A stretch of 64,000 nucleotides of DNA from an uncultured Chloroflexia bacterium (GCA_963833225.1 CAWHXD010000007.1:352001-416000); one strand, 5' to 3'. Positions 42,190 to 53,154 are shown, counted from the stretch's first letter. Notes: generated from the sequence alone by a model not told the origin. Numbers and translations: made by a program.

Positions 42190-43104
42190 ATGACCGCCGA
42201 ACCCGCCGCCGGCCGGCGCTCCGCGCCGGCGGCGGGAGCGCGCGCCCGCGGCGACGGCCTCGCCCGCCGCGGCTGGCCGCTGCTGCCCGCACTGGTCATG
42301 CTCGGCCTGCTGTTCATCATCCCGATGCTGGTCATGCTGATGTTCAGCTTCTGGGACACCCAGGACTTCACCCTGGTTCCGGTCTGGAACCTTGACAACT
42401 ACGCCCGGTTCGTCACGGTCGGGACCTACATCCGGACGTTCATCAAGACGCTCGTGATGGCGTGCCTGGTCACGGCCGCGGGCATCGGCCTGGCGTTGCC
42501 GTTCGCCTTCTTCCTGGTGCGCTACACCACTCGCCGCTGGCAGCGGATCGCGCTGCTCGCGGTCATCATCCCGTTCTGGACCAGCTACCTGCTGCGGGTG
42601 TACGCCTGGACCGCGATCCTCGGCGAGCGGGGTGCGCTGAACCAGGGCCTGCAGCTGCTGGGGATCATCAAGGAGCCGCTGCAGATCTTCGTCTACAACG
42701 ACCTCAGCGTGTTCATCGTGCTGCTGTACCTGTACTTTCCATTTGCCGCGCTCGCGCTCTACTCGGCCCTCGAGAAGTTCGACTTCACCCAGCTGTACGC
42801 CGCGCAGGACCTGGGCGCCTCCACGTGGCGCGGCTACCGGTACATCCTGCTGCCCCAGATCCGGGCCGGCCTGATCACGGCCTGCATCTTCGTGTTCATC
42901 CCGATCATGGGCGAGTTCCTGGCACCCACCTTGGTGGGCGGTGCGGAGGGCGGCCTGATCGCGAACCTGATCGTCCGCTTCTTCAAGGGCGCGCAGTTTG
43001 CCGAGGGTGCGGCGCTGGCCATGGTGGTGGCCGGATTTGTGATCGCGGTGCTGGTGCTGCTCCGGAAGTCCCTGCGGGTCGAGGACGTGGTCGCCCGTGG
43101 ATAG
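42190..43104 (+). CDS. ABC permease (PotB family)
   Basis: IPFWTSYLLR.YAW, AAQDLGA, FIP..GEF..P.LVGG. Confidence 0.9.
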   Translation: MTAEPAAGRRSAPAAGARARGDGLARRGWPLLPALVMLGLLFIIPMLVMLMFSFWDTQDFTLVPVWNLDNYARFVTVGTYIRTFIKTLVMACLVTAAGIGLALPFAFFLVRYTTRRWQRIALLAVIIPFWTSYLLRVYAWTAILGERGALNQGLQLLGIIKEPLQIFVYNDLSVFIVLLYLYFPFAALALYSALEKFDFTQLYAAQDLGASTWRGYRYILLPQIRAGLITACIFVFIPIMGEFLAPTLVGGAEGGLIANLIVRFFKGAQFAEGAALAMVVAGFVIAVLVLLRKSLRVEDVVARG

Positions 43105-43942
43105 CCGGATTAACCCCATCGAGCTGATGCCCGTCAGCCGCCACGCCCGGCTGACCCGGAACCTGCTGATGGTGCTGGCGTTCGTGCTGCTGGTGTTCCT
43201 CTACGTCCCCATCGCGTTCATGATCCTGTTCTCGTTCGAGACCTCGCGTACGCCGGGCCTCCCGATCACTGGCCTGACCCTGCACTGGTACGAGGTGATG
43301 GTGGGGGACAGGCTCATCCGCGAGGCGGTCTTCAACTCCGTCACGGTCGCGGTCGTGGTCGCCACCCTGGCCACGTTGATCGGGACCATGGCGGCGTTTC
43401 CGCTGGTGCGGGGGCGGCTGCGGTTTGCCGATGGGGTCCGGCTGCTGTCCACGATGCCGATGATGATCCCGGGCTTCCTGCTCGGGATCGGCCTGCTGCT
43501 GTTCTTCCGGCGCGTGCTGAACGTCGAGCTGTCGCTGGTGACCGTCACCGCTGGTCACCTCGTGTTCACGACGCCGTTCGTGATCCTGCTGGTGGCCGCG
43601 CGGCTGCAGGGCTTTGACCGGAGGCTCGAATGGGCGGCGGCCGACCTCGGTGCGGACGGACCGCGTACCTTGCGCCACATCGTGCTGCCCCTGCTGTTCC
43701 CGGCGATCATGGCCGGCTTCCTGCTGTCGGTCACGCTCTCGATCGACGAGTTCGTGGTGACCTACTTCACGATCGGACCCGAACGGACCCTGCCCCTGTT
43801 CATCTACACCCAGGTGAAGTTCGGGGTCACGCCGGAGGTCAACGCGGTCGCCACGTCCATCCTGCTCGCGAGCCTGCTCGTGTTCGGGCTCGGCGGCCTG
43901 GCCCTGAGCGGCTGGCGACGGCTGGGCCGCAGGCGCGGCTGA
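43097..43942 (+). CDS. ABC permease (PotC family)
   Basis: FLY.PI, TL.WY, LE.AA.DLGA, LS.DEF, P.VNA.AT. Confidence 0.9.
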   Translation: MDSRINPIELMPVSRHARLTRNLLMVLAFVLLVFLYVPIAFMILFSFETSRTPGLPITGLTLHWYEVMVGDRLIREAVFNSVTVAVVVATLATLIGTMAAFPLVRGRLRFADGVRLLSTMPMMIPGFLLGIGLLLFFRRVLNVELSLVTVTAGHLVFTTPFVILLVAARLQGFDRRLEWAAADLGADGPRTLRHIVLPLLFPAIMAGFLLSVTLSIDEFVVTYFTIGPERTLPLFIYTQVKFGVTPEVNAVATSILLASLLVFGLGGLALSGWRRLGRRRG

Positions 43943-43943
43943 C

Positions 43944-44909
43944 GTGCCCCTCCGGGTCGGCTTCCAGGTCTGGGGCCAGCACGTCACATGGGATGAGCTG
44001 ATGGCGGAGGCCCGATCGATCGAGGACCTGGGGTTCTCCAGCCTGTGGGCCAACGACCACTTCTGGCCCGCGGCGGGCGCTGCGGCGCCGTCGCCCGACG
44101 GCGTTCCGGGCGGGTTCATCGAGGGCTGGATCACCCTCGCGGGGTTCGCCTCGGTGACCGATCGCATCCCCCTTGGGGTCATGGTCTCGTGCGCGGGCTA
44201 TCGCAATGTCGGGCTGCTGGTGAAGCAGGCCACCGCCCTCGACCACATGTCCGGGGGCCGCATGACGCTGGGCCTCGGGGCCGGCTGGCACGAGCGCGAG
44301 CATCGGGCGTTCGGGTTCGAGTTCCCGTCGATCGGGGACCGGATCTCCCGGATGGAGGAGCAGGCGTCGGTGATCCGGCCGCTGCTCGACGGCGAGACGG
44401 TCACCCATCATGGCGCCTGGGTCCACCTCGACGGGGCTCGCATCGAGCCCGGGCGCGTTGGACCATTGCCCCTGCTGATCGCCGGCAGCGGCGAGAAGCG
44501 CACGATCCCGGCGGTTGCCCGTCACGCCGACGCCTGGAACGGAGAAGGCGACCCTGCCACGTACCGGCGCCGCAACACCCTGCTGACCCGGCAGTGCGAG
44601 GCGTTGGGGCGGGACCCGGCCTCCGTCGTGCGGACCGTGGGGTTGCCGCCGCTGTGCATCCGCGATACGCGGGCCGAGGCGGTGGGCGTCCTGGCCGGGA
44701 TCCTGGAGCACAACGGGCTCTCGCCCGAGGAGGCGCAGGCGGCGGCTGCCGTCTCCCCGCTCGTGGGGACCAAGGCCAGCGTCCTCGAGGCGCTCGACGC
44801 CTGGGCTGACGCGGGGGCCGCCGAGGCGGTCATCGACCGGCCGGCGCCGTTCGACGACGAGTCGCTGCGGCGGCTCGCCGCGGCCCTCCAGGGGTCGGCG
44901 ACGCCATGA
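43944..44909 (+). CDS. LLM-class (luciferase-like, flavin/F420) oxidoreductase
   Basis: GFSSLW.NDHF, EGW.TL, YRN..L..K.A.ALDH.SGGR..LGLGAGW...EH, IAGSGEKRT, HADAWN. Confidence 0.85.
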   Translation: MPLRVGFQVWGQHVTWDELMAEARSIEDLGFSSLWANDHFWPAAGAAAPSPDGVPGGFIEGWITLAGFASVTDRIPLGVMVSCAGYRNVGLLVKQATALDHMSGGRMTLGLGAGWHEREHRAFGFEFPSIGDRISRMEEQASVIRPLLDGETVTHHGAWVHLDGARIEPGRVGPLPLLIAGSGEKRTIPAVARHADAWNGEGDPATYRRRNTLLTRQCEALGRDPASVVRTVGLPPLCIRDTRAEAVGVLAGILEHNGLSPEEAQAAAAVSPLVGTKASVLEALDAWADAGAAEAVIDRPAPFDDESLRRLAAALQGSATP

Positions 44910-45937
44910 GCGACGACGACGCCGACATCCCCCGCCGCCGGGCAACGCTGCGCGAGGTTGCGGCTGCGGCCGGTGTCGCGACGTCGACCGTGTCGCGCTC
45001 GTTGCGCGACGATCCGCAGATCAGCGAGCGCACCCGCGACGCGATCAAGTCGATCGCCGCCGAGTTCCAGTACATCCCGAACGCGTCCGCGAGGACCCTC
45101 GCCGGCAGCTCCAGCCGGATGCTGGGCCTCGTGGTCCCCGACGTGACGGATCCGGTCCACGGCCAGATCGTCCACGGGTTCGAGGCGGCCGCCCGCCGCC
45201 ACGGCTACACCGTGATCATCGCCAGCTCCGGCTACGACGCGGGGAAGGAGCTTGTCGCGCTCCACGCGTTCACCGCCAACCAGGTGGAGGGCATGGCCTC
45301 CTTCGGCGGCACGCTGAGCCCGGCCGAGGTCCGCGCGCAGCCGATCGGGAACATCGTGTTCATGAACCCCGAGAACCTCGGCGAGCTTGGCCCCCGGGCA
45401 GAGCGAGGGCTCATCACCCTTGACGACGAGGGCGGCATCGAGGAGGCGGTGAGAACCGCGGCCGCGATGGGCAATCGCCGGCTGGGGTTCCTCGTCGGTC
45501 CCACCCGGGCCAGTGGCGTCCGACGGCAGGCGGCCGTGCTGCGCGTGGCTGCTGAGCTGGGGCTGCCACCGGTCCGGACGATCGAGGGAGCGGATGCCCA
45601 CCCCGACGTGGCGGGCCGGCGGATCCGGCGCGAGCGGCTGGACGCGGTCCTGTGCTACGACGACCAGCGGGCGCTCGTCCTGCTCGACGCCCTGCGGACG
45701 GCCGGCATCCGGGTCCCCGAGGACGTCGGGGTGATCGGGTTCGACGACATCCCGCAGGCGGCGATCAGCAACCCGCGGCTGACCACCGTGTCCGTGCCTC
45801 ACGCCGACATCGGCATGCATGCGGCGGAGGCCCTGATCGAGGGCCGGACCGGGCTGCTGCCCGCATCCATGCGGGTCCCGACGCGTCTCGTGGTGCGAGA
45901 GTCGCTCGGGAGGGGCCCCCAGGCCGACGCCCGCTAG
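44906..45937 (+). CDS. LacI family transcriptional regulator
   Basis: ATLREVA.AAGV.TSTVSR.L HTH, Y.PN..AR.L, VPEDV.VIGFDD, LTTV, LVVRES. Confidence 0.92.
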   Translation: MSDDDADIPRRRATLREVAAAAGVATSTVSRSLRDDPQISERTRDAIKSIAAEFQYIPNASARTLAGSSSRMLGLVVPDVTDPVHGQIVHGFEAAARRHGYTVIIASSGYDAGKELVALHAFTANQVEGMASFGGTLSPAEVRAQPIGNIVFMNPENLGELGPRAERGLITLDDEGGIEEAVRTAAAMGNRRLGFLVGPTRASGVRRQAAVLRVAAELGLPPVRTIEGADAHPDVAGRRIRRERLDAVLCYDDQRALVLLDALRTAGIRVPEDVGVIGFDDIPQAAISNPRLTTVSVPHADIGMHAAEALIEGRTGLLPASMRVPTRLVVRESLGRGPQADAR

Positions 45938-46593
45938 GGTTCCCGGCGGGCCGGCTCGCGCTGGACCCTGCTCCAGCCGGACGGCGTCAGCTCGTGCAGC
46001 TCGCCGCTGGCGATGTCGAACCAGCACCCGTGGAGCGCCAGGGCCCCGGCGATCTCCCGGGACTCGATCCACGGGAAGGTCCGCAGGTTGGCCACGGACT
46101 GCTCGACCGAACGGTGCTCGAGGTCCCGGGAGGCTTGCTCCCGGTCGGCCTGGGTGCCCATTCCGAGCTCGTCGGCAAGGACGCGCACGCCGGCGACCCA
46201 GGTGCCGATGAAGTCCGTGTCCGTGAGGGGCGCGGCGCCGTCGAGGGCCGCGGCAACGCCCCCACACCGGCCGTGGCCCATCACGACGATGAACCGCACG
46301 CCGAGGGCCAGGACCGCGTACTCGAGCGCCGCGCTCGCCGCGTGGTTGCCGGCGTCGGGCGCGTAGACAGGCACGAGCGCGGCCACGTTGCGGACCGCGA
46401 ACAGCTCGCCGGGACGTGCGTCGAACAGGAGCTCCGGCCCCACGCGCGAGTCGGAACAGGCGACGACCATCGTCGCGGGACGCTGGCCCTCTACGGCCAG
46501 CCGCCGGTAGCGCTGGCGCTCGGTCGCCCAGCGCGTCTCGCGGAAGCGGTCGAAGCCGGCGCGCAGCTCGCGGGGCAGGGCGTCGTTGCTCAT
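45934..46593 (-). CDS. Beta-class carbonic anhydrase
   Basis: CSDSRV, GELF.VRNVA, ALEYAV, GHGRCGG. Confidence 0.92.
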   Translation of the reverse strand: MSNDALPRELRAGFDRFRETRWATERQRYRRLAVEGQRPATMVVACSDSRVGPELLFDARPGELFAVRNVAALVPVYAPDAGNHAASAALEYAVLALGVRFIVVMGHGRCGGVAAALDGAAPLTDTDFIGTWVAGVRVLADELGMGTQADREQASRDLEHRSVEQSVANLRTFPWIESREIAGALALHGCWFDIASGELHELTPSGWSRVQREPARREP

Positions 46594-47294
46594 CGCGGGG
46601 GATGGTAGCCGCCCACGGTGGGCAGGACGGCGAACACGCGCGCGTCCAGTCGCTCGCGGTCCTCGAGGATGGTCGTCGTGTGGACCTCGTAGCGGGCGAT
46701 CTCGGCGAGGCCGCCGGCCTCGGGGTCGGGCAGGTAGCGGCGGCCCGGGTCGCCCACGAGGACACGGGCACCGGCCGCCGCGGCGGCGCCCAGCCAGGGC
46801 GTGATCCGGGCCGCGAGGGGCCCCTCGTACCAGGCATCGGCGCACAGCACGAGATCGGTCGCCGGCGGCGGCTCGTCGAGCAGGTCGCGCCCGGTGAAGG
46901 CGACGTGGACACCGTTTGCGCGGGCGTTGAGCCGGACCGCCGCCTCGGCGAAGGGGTCGATGTCGGCGGCGGTCACCGTCCTCGCTCCGCCAAGCGCCGC
47001 GGCGATGGCGACCATCCCGCTGCCCGTCGCCATGTCGAGCACCCGCCGCCCCCGGACCTCGTCGGGATGCTCGCGCAGGTAGCGGGCGAGGGCGAGCCCG
47101 CCTGCCCAGGCGAAGGCCCAGAACGGGATCGGAGCGCCGTCGACGCCCAGGGCCTGTTCGGTTGCGGGCCACAGCGTCTTGACGTCGTCAGCGAGGTGCA
47201 GCCGGACCCCGGTGACGCCATCGACCGGGCGCAGCCGCGTGTGCCGCGCGACGAAGGCACGCCGGTGCGCCAGCGGGAGGGCGCGCGGCTGCAC
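46590..47294 (-). CDS. Class I SAM-dependent methyltransferase (Nnt1/METTL20-like)
   Basis: PFWAFAWAGG.ALARY, VLD.ATGSG..AIAA, DIDP, GDPGR.YLP. Confidence 0.85.
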   Translation of the reverse strand: MQPRALPLAHRRAFVARHTRLRPVDGVTGVRLHLADDVKTLWPATEQALGVDGAPIPFWAFAWAGGLALARYLREHPDEVRGRRVLDMATGSGMVAIAAALGGARTVTAADIDPFAEAAVRLNARANGVHVAFTGRDLLDEPPPATDLVLCADAWYEGPLAARITPWLGAAAAAGARVLVGDPGRRYLPDPEAGGLAEIARYEVHTTTILEDRERLDARVFAVLPTVGGYHPPR

Positions 47295-47454
47295 GTCCTC
47301 GAACGACGGGTCGCGCCGGTCGCGGCGCTGCCTCGTGATCGCCCGGTCCCCGTGGCCCGACCGGCTCAGCCAGCGGCCGGGTGCTGGACCCGGTCGTGGC
47401 CTGGGGGGCCGATCATCGCAGCAGGGTCGTCGTGCACGGCCAGGTCCTCCATCG

Positions 47455-49854
47455 TCAGGATGCCCGTTCGCGCACGATCTTGCCCAGCTCCAGGTGGCGG
47501 ACCGCCCGCATCGCCGGGACCTGGGACAGCAGCCCGGTCACGATGATCGCGAGCGACGTGAACAACAGCGTCGTTGGCTGGATCTGGAGATCGAACCGGA
47601 ACATGTCCGACGAGAACGAGGCCATGAACACCGCCGACACCACGTAGCCGATCACGAGCCCGGGCACGAGCCCGATCGCGGTCAGCAGCAGGTTCTCGCC
47701 GGTGATCAGCCGGGAGATGGTGCTGCTCGGCATGCCCAGCGTCCGCAGCACGGCGATCTCCGTGGCCCGCTCCGAGATGCTCGCAACGAGCGTGTTGTAG
47801 ATCAGCGCGAAGGCGAGGATCCCGCCCAGCACGACCATCACGCCGATGAACACGTAGAACAGGCCGAGGAACTGGTTCATCAGGTCGAACAGGCCGCGAT
47901 TGTCGATCACCGCCGCCACGCCGCCGACGTCGCGCAGGTTCGCGATGACGGACGCGTGGACGGCGGTCGGCGCGAACCGCACGTACGCCACGTTGCGGAG
48001 GGCCGGCGTGAGCGTGGGACCGACGACGCTGGCCAGGTATGGCAGCGATGCGTACGCCGCCGTCCCCAGCGGCTCATTGACGAAGCCGGCGACCTTGACC
48101 TCCAGCGAGATCGACTGGCTTGCCGCGGATGCCGCGAGCCCGGGCTGCGTGGCCAGGCTCAGCCGCACCGTGTCCCCTGCGGTCACGCCGAGGCGGTCGC
48201 GCAGCGCCACCCCCAGCAGGACGCCCGTTTCGGGCAGCTGGATCTGCTTCCCATCGGGAGCGTAGAACCCGTGCATCGTGGTGCCCGGCTCAAACCCGAC
48301 GACCTGGGTGAGGTAGCTGTCTGTCGGGGACGTGACGGCCACGCTCCATTCCGCCGCCGGCTCAGCGGATGCGACGCCGTCCACCGCCCGAATCTGGGCC
48401 AGCTGCGCGTCGGTCAGGGGTGCCGCCGGGTACACGGACGCGTCCTGGCGCGCGACGTCCACGAACTGGTGGTTCATGAGGCTGCCGACGGTGTCGATCA
48501 TCCCCCACGAGGCGAGGATCAGGGTTGAGGCCATGACGACGCCGGCGATCGTGGCCAGGCTCCGCCGAGGATGGCGGCCAATGCCGCGCAGGGCGACCCG
48601 CCAGCGGACCGGCAGGCGCCGCACCGGCGGCAGTAGGCGTTCGAGCACGCTCGGGCGGCCCGTGCCGGTGGGGGCGACGCCTCGCATGGCGGCCGCGGGA
48701 CCGATCGAGGTGGCATGGCGCGCCGGGAAGTACGCCGCGGCCACGGAGACCAGCAGGCCGATGCCGATCCCGACCGCCAGGGTCGTCGGACGGACATCCG
48801 TGACTCGGCTGGGGATCCCCAGCTCGCCCGTGTACAGGGTGCTGATGATGCCGGCCAGCAAGGCTCCGAGCAGGGCGCCGAGCGCCGACCCCACGATCCC
48901 GACCATGAGGCCGTATCCGGTGTAGTGGGCGATGACCGCTCGCCGGTCCATGCCGTTGGCCCGCAGCGTCCCGATGACGGCCCGCTGGGACGCGATCATC
49001 CGGCCCAGCAGCACGAAGGTCGCGAACGCGGCCGCTCCGAGGAACATCGCCGGGAACGCGAGCGACAGCTCTCCGAACCCGCTGACGTCCTCCTGGAGCG
49101 CGGCATTGGATGGCTGCTCGGCCCTGGTCATGACGTCAAGGGCACCGGCCCCGAGCATGGCCTTGCGGACCGGGTCGGTCGCCGCCGAGGCCGCGTCGGG
49201 GGGCACGAAGGCGAGAGCCTGGCCCTGGACGGTGGCGGACGACAGGCCCGCGACCAGCGGCTCCGGGGCGAAGATCACGCCGAAATCGTCCGGCAGGACG
49301 AACACCTCCTGGCGGCTGCGAGCCGGCCAGATGTACTCGGGCGAGAACACCGTCCCGAGCACCTTGAGCGGCTGCCATCCGCTGTCGCCGAGGATCTCGA
49401 TGGTGTCGCCGGCAGCGAGGCCGAAGTGGTCGGCCATGTGCCGCTCCACGAGGATCCCGTTGGGCACGCCGGCATCAAGCCGTCCGCCGCTCAGGACGAG
49501 CACGTCGTCCACCGCCGCGGGGCTGCCGTCGGCGGGCAGGCCGATCGCGCGTCCGAGGAGCTGGTGATCCCCGACCCGGATCGGGGTGTCGGCCACGGAG
49601 CGGGTGCCGGTCGCGGTCACGCCCGTGACCGCGGCGGCTGTCCGGGCGACGGTGGCAGGGTCGCCACCGACGGCCGTTACGGTCGCGAACCGTGTCTCGG
49701 CGTACAGCTGCTCATACGAGGACGTCAGGTTGAGGAACGCGTCATAGGACGCTCCGAACAGGGCGACGCCCAGGACGACGGTCACGATGACCGCCAGGAA
49801 GGGACCCCGGCGGGCCCGGAGCTCCCGGATCATGGACCGCTGCAGGAGGCTCAC
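47455..49854 (-). CDS. FtsX/MacB-like ABC transporter permease
   Basis: Two FtsX-type TM blocks (IGTLRANG; ER..EIA.LR.LG) with large extracytoplasmic loops. Confidence 0.88.
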   Translation of the reverse strand: MSLLQRSMIRELRARRGPFLAVIVTVVLGVALFGASYDAFLNLTSSYEQLYAETRFATVTAVGGDPATVARTAAAVTGVTATGTRSVADTPIRVGDHQLLGRAIGLPADGSPAAVDDVLVLSGGRLDAGVPNGILVERHMADHFGLAAGDTIEILGDSGWQPLKVLGTVFSPEYIWPARSRQEVFVLPDDFGVIFAPEPLVAGLSSATVQGQALAFVPPDAASAATDPVRKAMLGAGALDVMTRAEQPSNAALQEDVSGFGELSLAFPAMFLGAAAFATFVLLGRMIASQRAVIGTLRANGMDRRAVIAHYTGYGLMVGIVGSALGALLGALLAGIISTLYTGELGIPSRVTDVRPTTLAVGIGIGLLVSVAAAYFPARHATSIGPAAAMRGVAPTGTGRPSVLERLLPPVRRLPVRWRVALRGIGRHPRRSLATIAGVVMASTLILASWGMIDTVGSLMNHQFVDVARQDASVYPAAPLTDAQLAQIRAVDGVASAEPAAEWSVAVTSPTDSYLTQVVGFEPGTTMHGFYAPDGKQIQLPETGVLLGVALRDRLGVTAGDTVRLSLATQPGLAASAASQSISLEVKVAGFVNEPLGTAAYASLPYLASVVGPTLTPALRNVAYVRFAPTAVHASVIANLRDVGGVAAVIDNRGLFDLMNQFLGLFYVFIGVMVVLGGILAFALIYNTLVASISERATEIAVLRTLGMPSSTISRLITGENLLLTAIGLVPGLVIGYVVSAVFMASFSSDMFRFDLQIQPTTLLFTSLAIIVTGLLSQVPAMRAVRHLELGKIVRERAS

Positions 49855-50633
49855 CAGGTCACCTCTTCCGGCCTTGCCGGCCGGGGCTGCCGGACGTCCT
49901 CCACGATCTTGCCCGAGCGGAGACGGAGGATGCGGTCGGCCATGGTGGCGATCGCGGAGTTGTGGGTGGCCAGCAGGACGGTCCGGCCCCCCGTCCTGGC
50001 CAGCTCATGGACGACGCCGAGGACGACGCGCCCGACGTCGGCGTCGAGCGAGCCGGTCGGCTCGTCGCACAGCAGGATCTCCGGTGACTTGACCAGCGCC
50101 CGCGCGATCGCCACCCGCTGCTGCTCGCCGCCCGAGAGGGCGCTCGGGAAGTGATCCACGCGGTCGCCCAGCCCCACGGCCTCGAGCGCCTCGCGGGCCT
50201 CCGGCTCGCCCTTGCCAACGAGCTCGGCCACGAGCGCCACGTTCTCGAGCGCGGTCAGGGTGGGCACGAGGTTGAAGAACTGGAAGATGAAGCCGACGTC
50301 CGTGCGGCGGTAGCCGGTGAGCCCACGGTCGTCGAGGCCCGCCAGGTCCCGGTCACCGACGAGGACGCTGCCCGCGGTCGCGGACTCGATCCCGCCGATG
50401 ATGTTCATCAACGTCGTCTTGCCCGACCCACTGGGCCCCAGGACCACCACGAACTCGCCGGGCGCAATCTCGAGGTCGATGCCGCGCAGGGCATGGACAG
50501 CCACGTCACCCGCACCGTAGGTCTTGGTCATGCCCTCGAGCCGGACCCGTGCCCCGTCCGGCGCTGATCCGCCCGGTCCCGGCCGTTCCGGCGGCGCCTC
50601 GGGTGCGAGGGTCTGGGCGGATTCGTGGGTCAT
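49851..50633 (-). CDS. ABC transporter ATP-binding protein (LolD/MacB family)
   Basis: [45 protein letters not shown]. Confidence 0.93.
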   Translation of the reverse strand: MTHESAQTLAPEAPPERPGPGGSAPDGARVRLEGMTKTYGAGDVAVHALRGIDLEIAPGEFVVVLGPSGSGKTTLMNIIGGIESATAGSVLVGDRDLAGLDDRGLTGYRRTDVGFIFQFFNLVPTLTALENVALVAELVGKGEPEAREALEAVGLGDRVDHFPSALSGGEQQRVAIARALVKSPEILLCDEPTGSLDADVGRVVLGVVHELARTGGRTVLLATHNSAIATMADRILRLRSGKIVEDVRQPRPARPEEVTW

Positions 50634-51253
50634 GACGGGCCTCCTCGGGTGGTGGATTCGGGCTTGCGGGCGAGGCGGAGCAGCAGGGCGGTGACGCCCG
50701 CGGTATCGGTGGATGGATCAACGATGCACTGGAACAGCAGCCCGTCCAGCGCTGCGGCAATGAGGGTTCCAGCCGCCTCCGGCGGCACGTCGGGCGCGAT
50801 CTCGCCGGCCGCCGCGGCGGCGCGGACTCGCGCCGCGATGAGGTCGCGGAACGCGTGGAGGGGTTCGACGACGGCTTCGGCGATCCGGGGGTCCCGCATC
50901 GCCCGGACCATGGCCTCGATCAGCAGGATCGAGGACGCGGAGTCGGGATCGAAGCGTCCAACCGCGTCGATCGCACCCGACAGCCCCTCGGCGAACGTCC
51001 CCTCGGCAAACGGCTGGGACGCGTCCGCCGTCTCCGATCCCAGGGCAGCAACGACGGCGGCCCGGAGCAGCGCGTCCATCGAGTCGAAGTGGTAGTGGAT
51101 GAGCGCCGGGTTGACGCCCGCTCGCGCTGCGACCGCGCGGGTCGTGACCGCGTCCCAGCCCAGCTCGGCGACAAGCTCCGCTGTCGCCATGGTGATCCTG
51201 AGGCGCGTGGCGTCCCCACGGCCAAGGTTGCTGGTCGGGTCGGTTTTGGGCAT
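50630..51253 (-). CDS. TetR/AcrR family regulator
   Basis: G...VTTRAVA.RAGV..ALIHYHF HTH; ATGA-coupled to the ABC ATPase. Confidence 0.88.
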   Translation of the reverse strand: MPKTDPTSNLGRGDATRLRITMATAELVAELGWDAVTTRAVAARAGVNPALIHYHFDSMDALLRAAVVAALGSETADASQPFAEGTFAEGLSGAIDAVGRFDPDSASSILLIEAMVRAMRDPRIAEAVVEPLHAFRDLIAARVRAAAAAGEIAPDVPPEAAGTLIAAALDGLLFQCIVDPSTDTAGVTALLLRLARKPESTTRGGPS

Positions 51254-51261
51254 TTGCCCAA
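51246..51261. promoter_or_regulatory. Palindromic operator overlapping the TetR start codon
   Basis: TTGGGCA-TT-TGCCCAA; -10-like TGG-CACAAT just upstream on the minus strand. Confidence 0.6.
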
Positions 51262-51342
51262 TATTGTGCCACATCGGCGCCGGCGTTGCTGGCCCGGCGC
51301 GCGTCGAGGCGCCGCGCACGCGACCCGCTACACTGCCGCCTC

Positions 51343-53154
51343 GTGATCATCCCCCAGTCCCGCATGCGCAACTTCTCGATCATTGCCCACATCGATCACG
51401 GGAAGTCCACGCTCGCCGACCGGCTGCTGGAGGTGACCCACACGATCGAAGGCCGGCAGATGATGAGCCAGGTCCTCGACTCGATGGACCTCGAGCGTGA
51501 GAAGGGAATCACGATCAAGGCCCGCGCCGTCCGGCTCGAACACACCGCGGACGATGGCCTGCTGTACGCGCTCAACCTGATCGACACTCCCGGCCACGTG
51601 GACTTCAGCTACGAGGTCAGCCGCAGCCTGCAGGCCTGCGAGGGGGCGATCCTCGTCGTCGACGCCGCGCAGGGCATCGAGGCCCAGACGCTGGCCAACG
51701 TGCACCTCGCCCTGCGCGAGGGGCTGACGATCATCCCGGTCATCAACAAGATCGACCTCCCCTCGGCGCAGCCCGACGTCGTCATGGAGGAGCTGGAGAA
51801 CGTCCTCGCGATCCCGCGCGAGGAGGTCATCCTGGCATCGGCCAAGGAGGGGATCGGGATCGCCGAGATCCTCCAGGCGATCGTCGACCGCGTCCCGCCC
51901 CCCAGGGGCGACCCCGCGGCCCCGCTTCGCGCCCTCGTGTTCAATTCGCACTACGACGCGTACAAGGGCGTCGTCTGCTACCTGCGCCTCGCCGAGGGCA
52001 CGCTCCACGATCACGACGTGATCCGCCTCATGGCCAGCGGCGCCCAGACCGAGCTCCTCGAGCTGGGCGTGTTCCGGCCGCAGCTGGTGCCGGTCAAGCA
52101 GCTCGTGGCCGGCGAGGTGGGCTACGTGGCCACGGGTCTCAAGAACGTCCGCGAGGCCCAGGTGGGGGATACCGTGACGACGGTCGCCAAGCCGGCCACC
52201 GTGCCCGTCCCCGGCTACCAGGAGGCGAAGAGCCTGGTGTTCGCGGGCCTCTACCCGCTCAGCGGCCCGGACTACCCGCTCCTGCGCGACGCCATCGAGA
52301 AGCTGCACCTCAACGATGCGAGCCTGACCTACGAGCCGGAGAGCTCGGCGGCCCTTGGCTTCGGGTTCCGCCTCGGGTTCCTGGGCCTGCTCCACATGGA
52401 GATCGTCCAGGAGCGCCTCGAGCGCGAGTTCGACCTCGACCTGATCGCGAGCGCTCCATCCGTGGAGTACCGGGTGGAGCTGACCATGAACCGGGGTGTC
52501 GTCACCGTGGACAACCCGGCAAGGTTCCCGGACGTCGGCGAGATCGAGTCCATCGAGGAGCCGTGGGTGAGCCTGGGCATCGTGACCCCGGACCGCTACA
52601 TCGGCAGCTTGATGGAGCTCACCACCGGGCGCCGCGGCACGTTCAAGAACATGGAATACCTGGACCCGCAGCGGGTCCACATGCACTTCGAGCTGCCCCT
52701 GGCCGAGCTGATCGTGGACTACTACGACCAGCTCAAGAGCCGGACCCAGGGCTACGCGTCGATGGACTACGAGGAGATCGGGTACCGCGCCGCGAACCTG
52801 GTCAAGCTCGATGTCGTCGTCAATGGGGAACCTGTGGACGCGCTCAGCCTCATCGTCCATCGCGACCGCGCGCAGACGACCGGTCGCCTGCTGACCGACA
52901 AGCTCAAGCAGTTGATCCCGCGCCAGATGTTCGAGGTCCCGGTCCAGGCGGCGATCGGCAGCCACGTGGTCGCCCGCGAGACCATCCGGGCGATGCGCAA
53001 GAACGTGCTCGCGAAGTGCTACGGTGGCGACATCAGCCGCAAGCGCAAGCTGCTCGAGAAGCAGAAGGAGGGCAAGCAGCGGATGAAGCGCGTGGGATCG
53101 GTCGAGATCCCGCAGGAGGCATTCCTCGCGATCCTCCGGATGGGCGATGAATGA
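51343..53154 (+). CDS. lepA: Elongation factor 4 (LepA)
   Basis: [57 protein letters not shown]. Confidence 0.98.
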   Translation: MIIPQSRMRNFSIIAHIDHGKSTLADRLLEVTHTIEGRQMMSQVLDSMDLEREKGITIKARAVRLEHTADDGLLYALNLIDTPGHVDFSYEVSRSLQACEGAILVVDAAQGIEAQTLANVHLALREGLTIIPVINKIDLPSAQPDVVMEELENVLAIPREEVILASAKEGIGIAEILQAIVDRVPPPRGDPAAPLRALVFNSHYDAYKGVVCYLRLAEGTLHDHDVIRLMASGAQTELLELGVFRPQLVPVKQLVAGEVGYVATGLKNVREAQVGDTVTTVAKPATVPVPGYQEAKSLVFAGLYPLSGPDYPLLRDAIEKLHLNDASLTYEPESSAALGFGFRLGFLGLLHMEIVQERLEREFDLDLIASAPSVEYRVELTMNRGVVTVDNPARFPDVGEIESIEEPWVSLGIVTPDRYIGSLMELTTGRRGTFKNMEYLDPQRVHMHFELPLAELIVDYYDQLKSRTQGYASMDYEEIGYRAANLVKLDVVVNGEPVDALSLIVHRDRAQTTGRLLTDKLKQLIPRQMFEVPVQAAIGSHVVARETIRAMRKNVLAKCYGGDISRKRKLLEKQKEGKQRMKRVGSVEIPQEAFLAILRMGDE

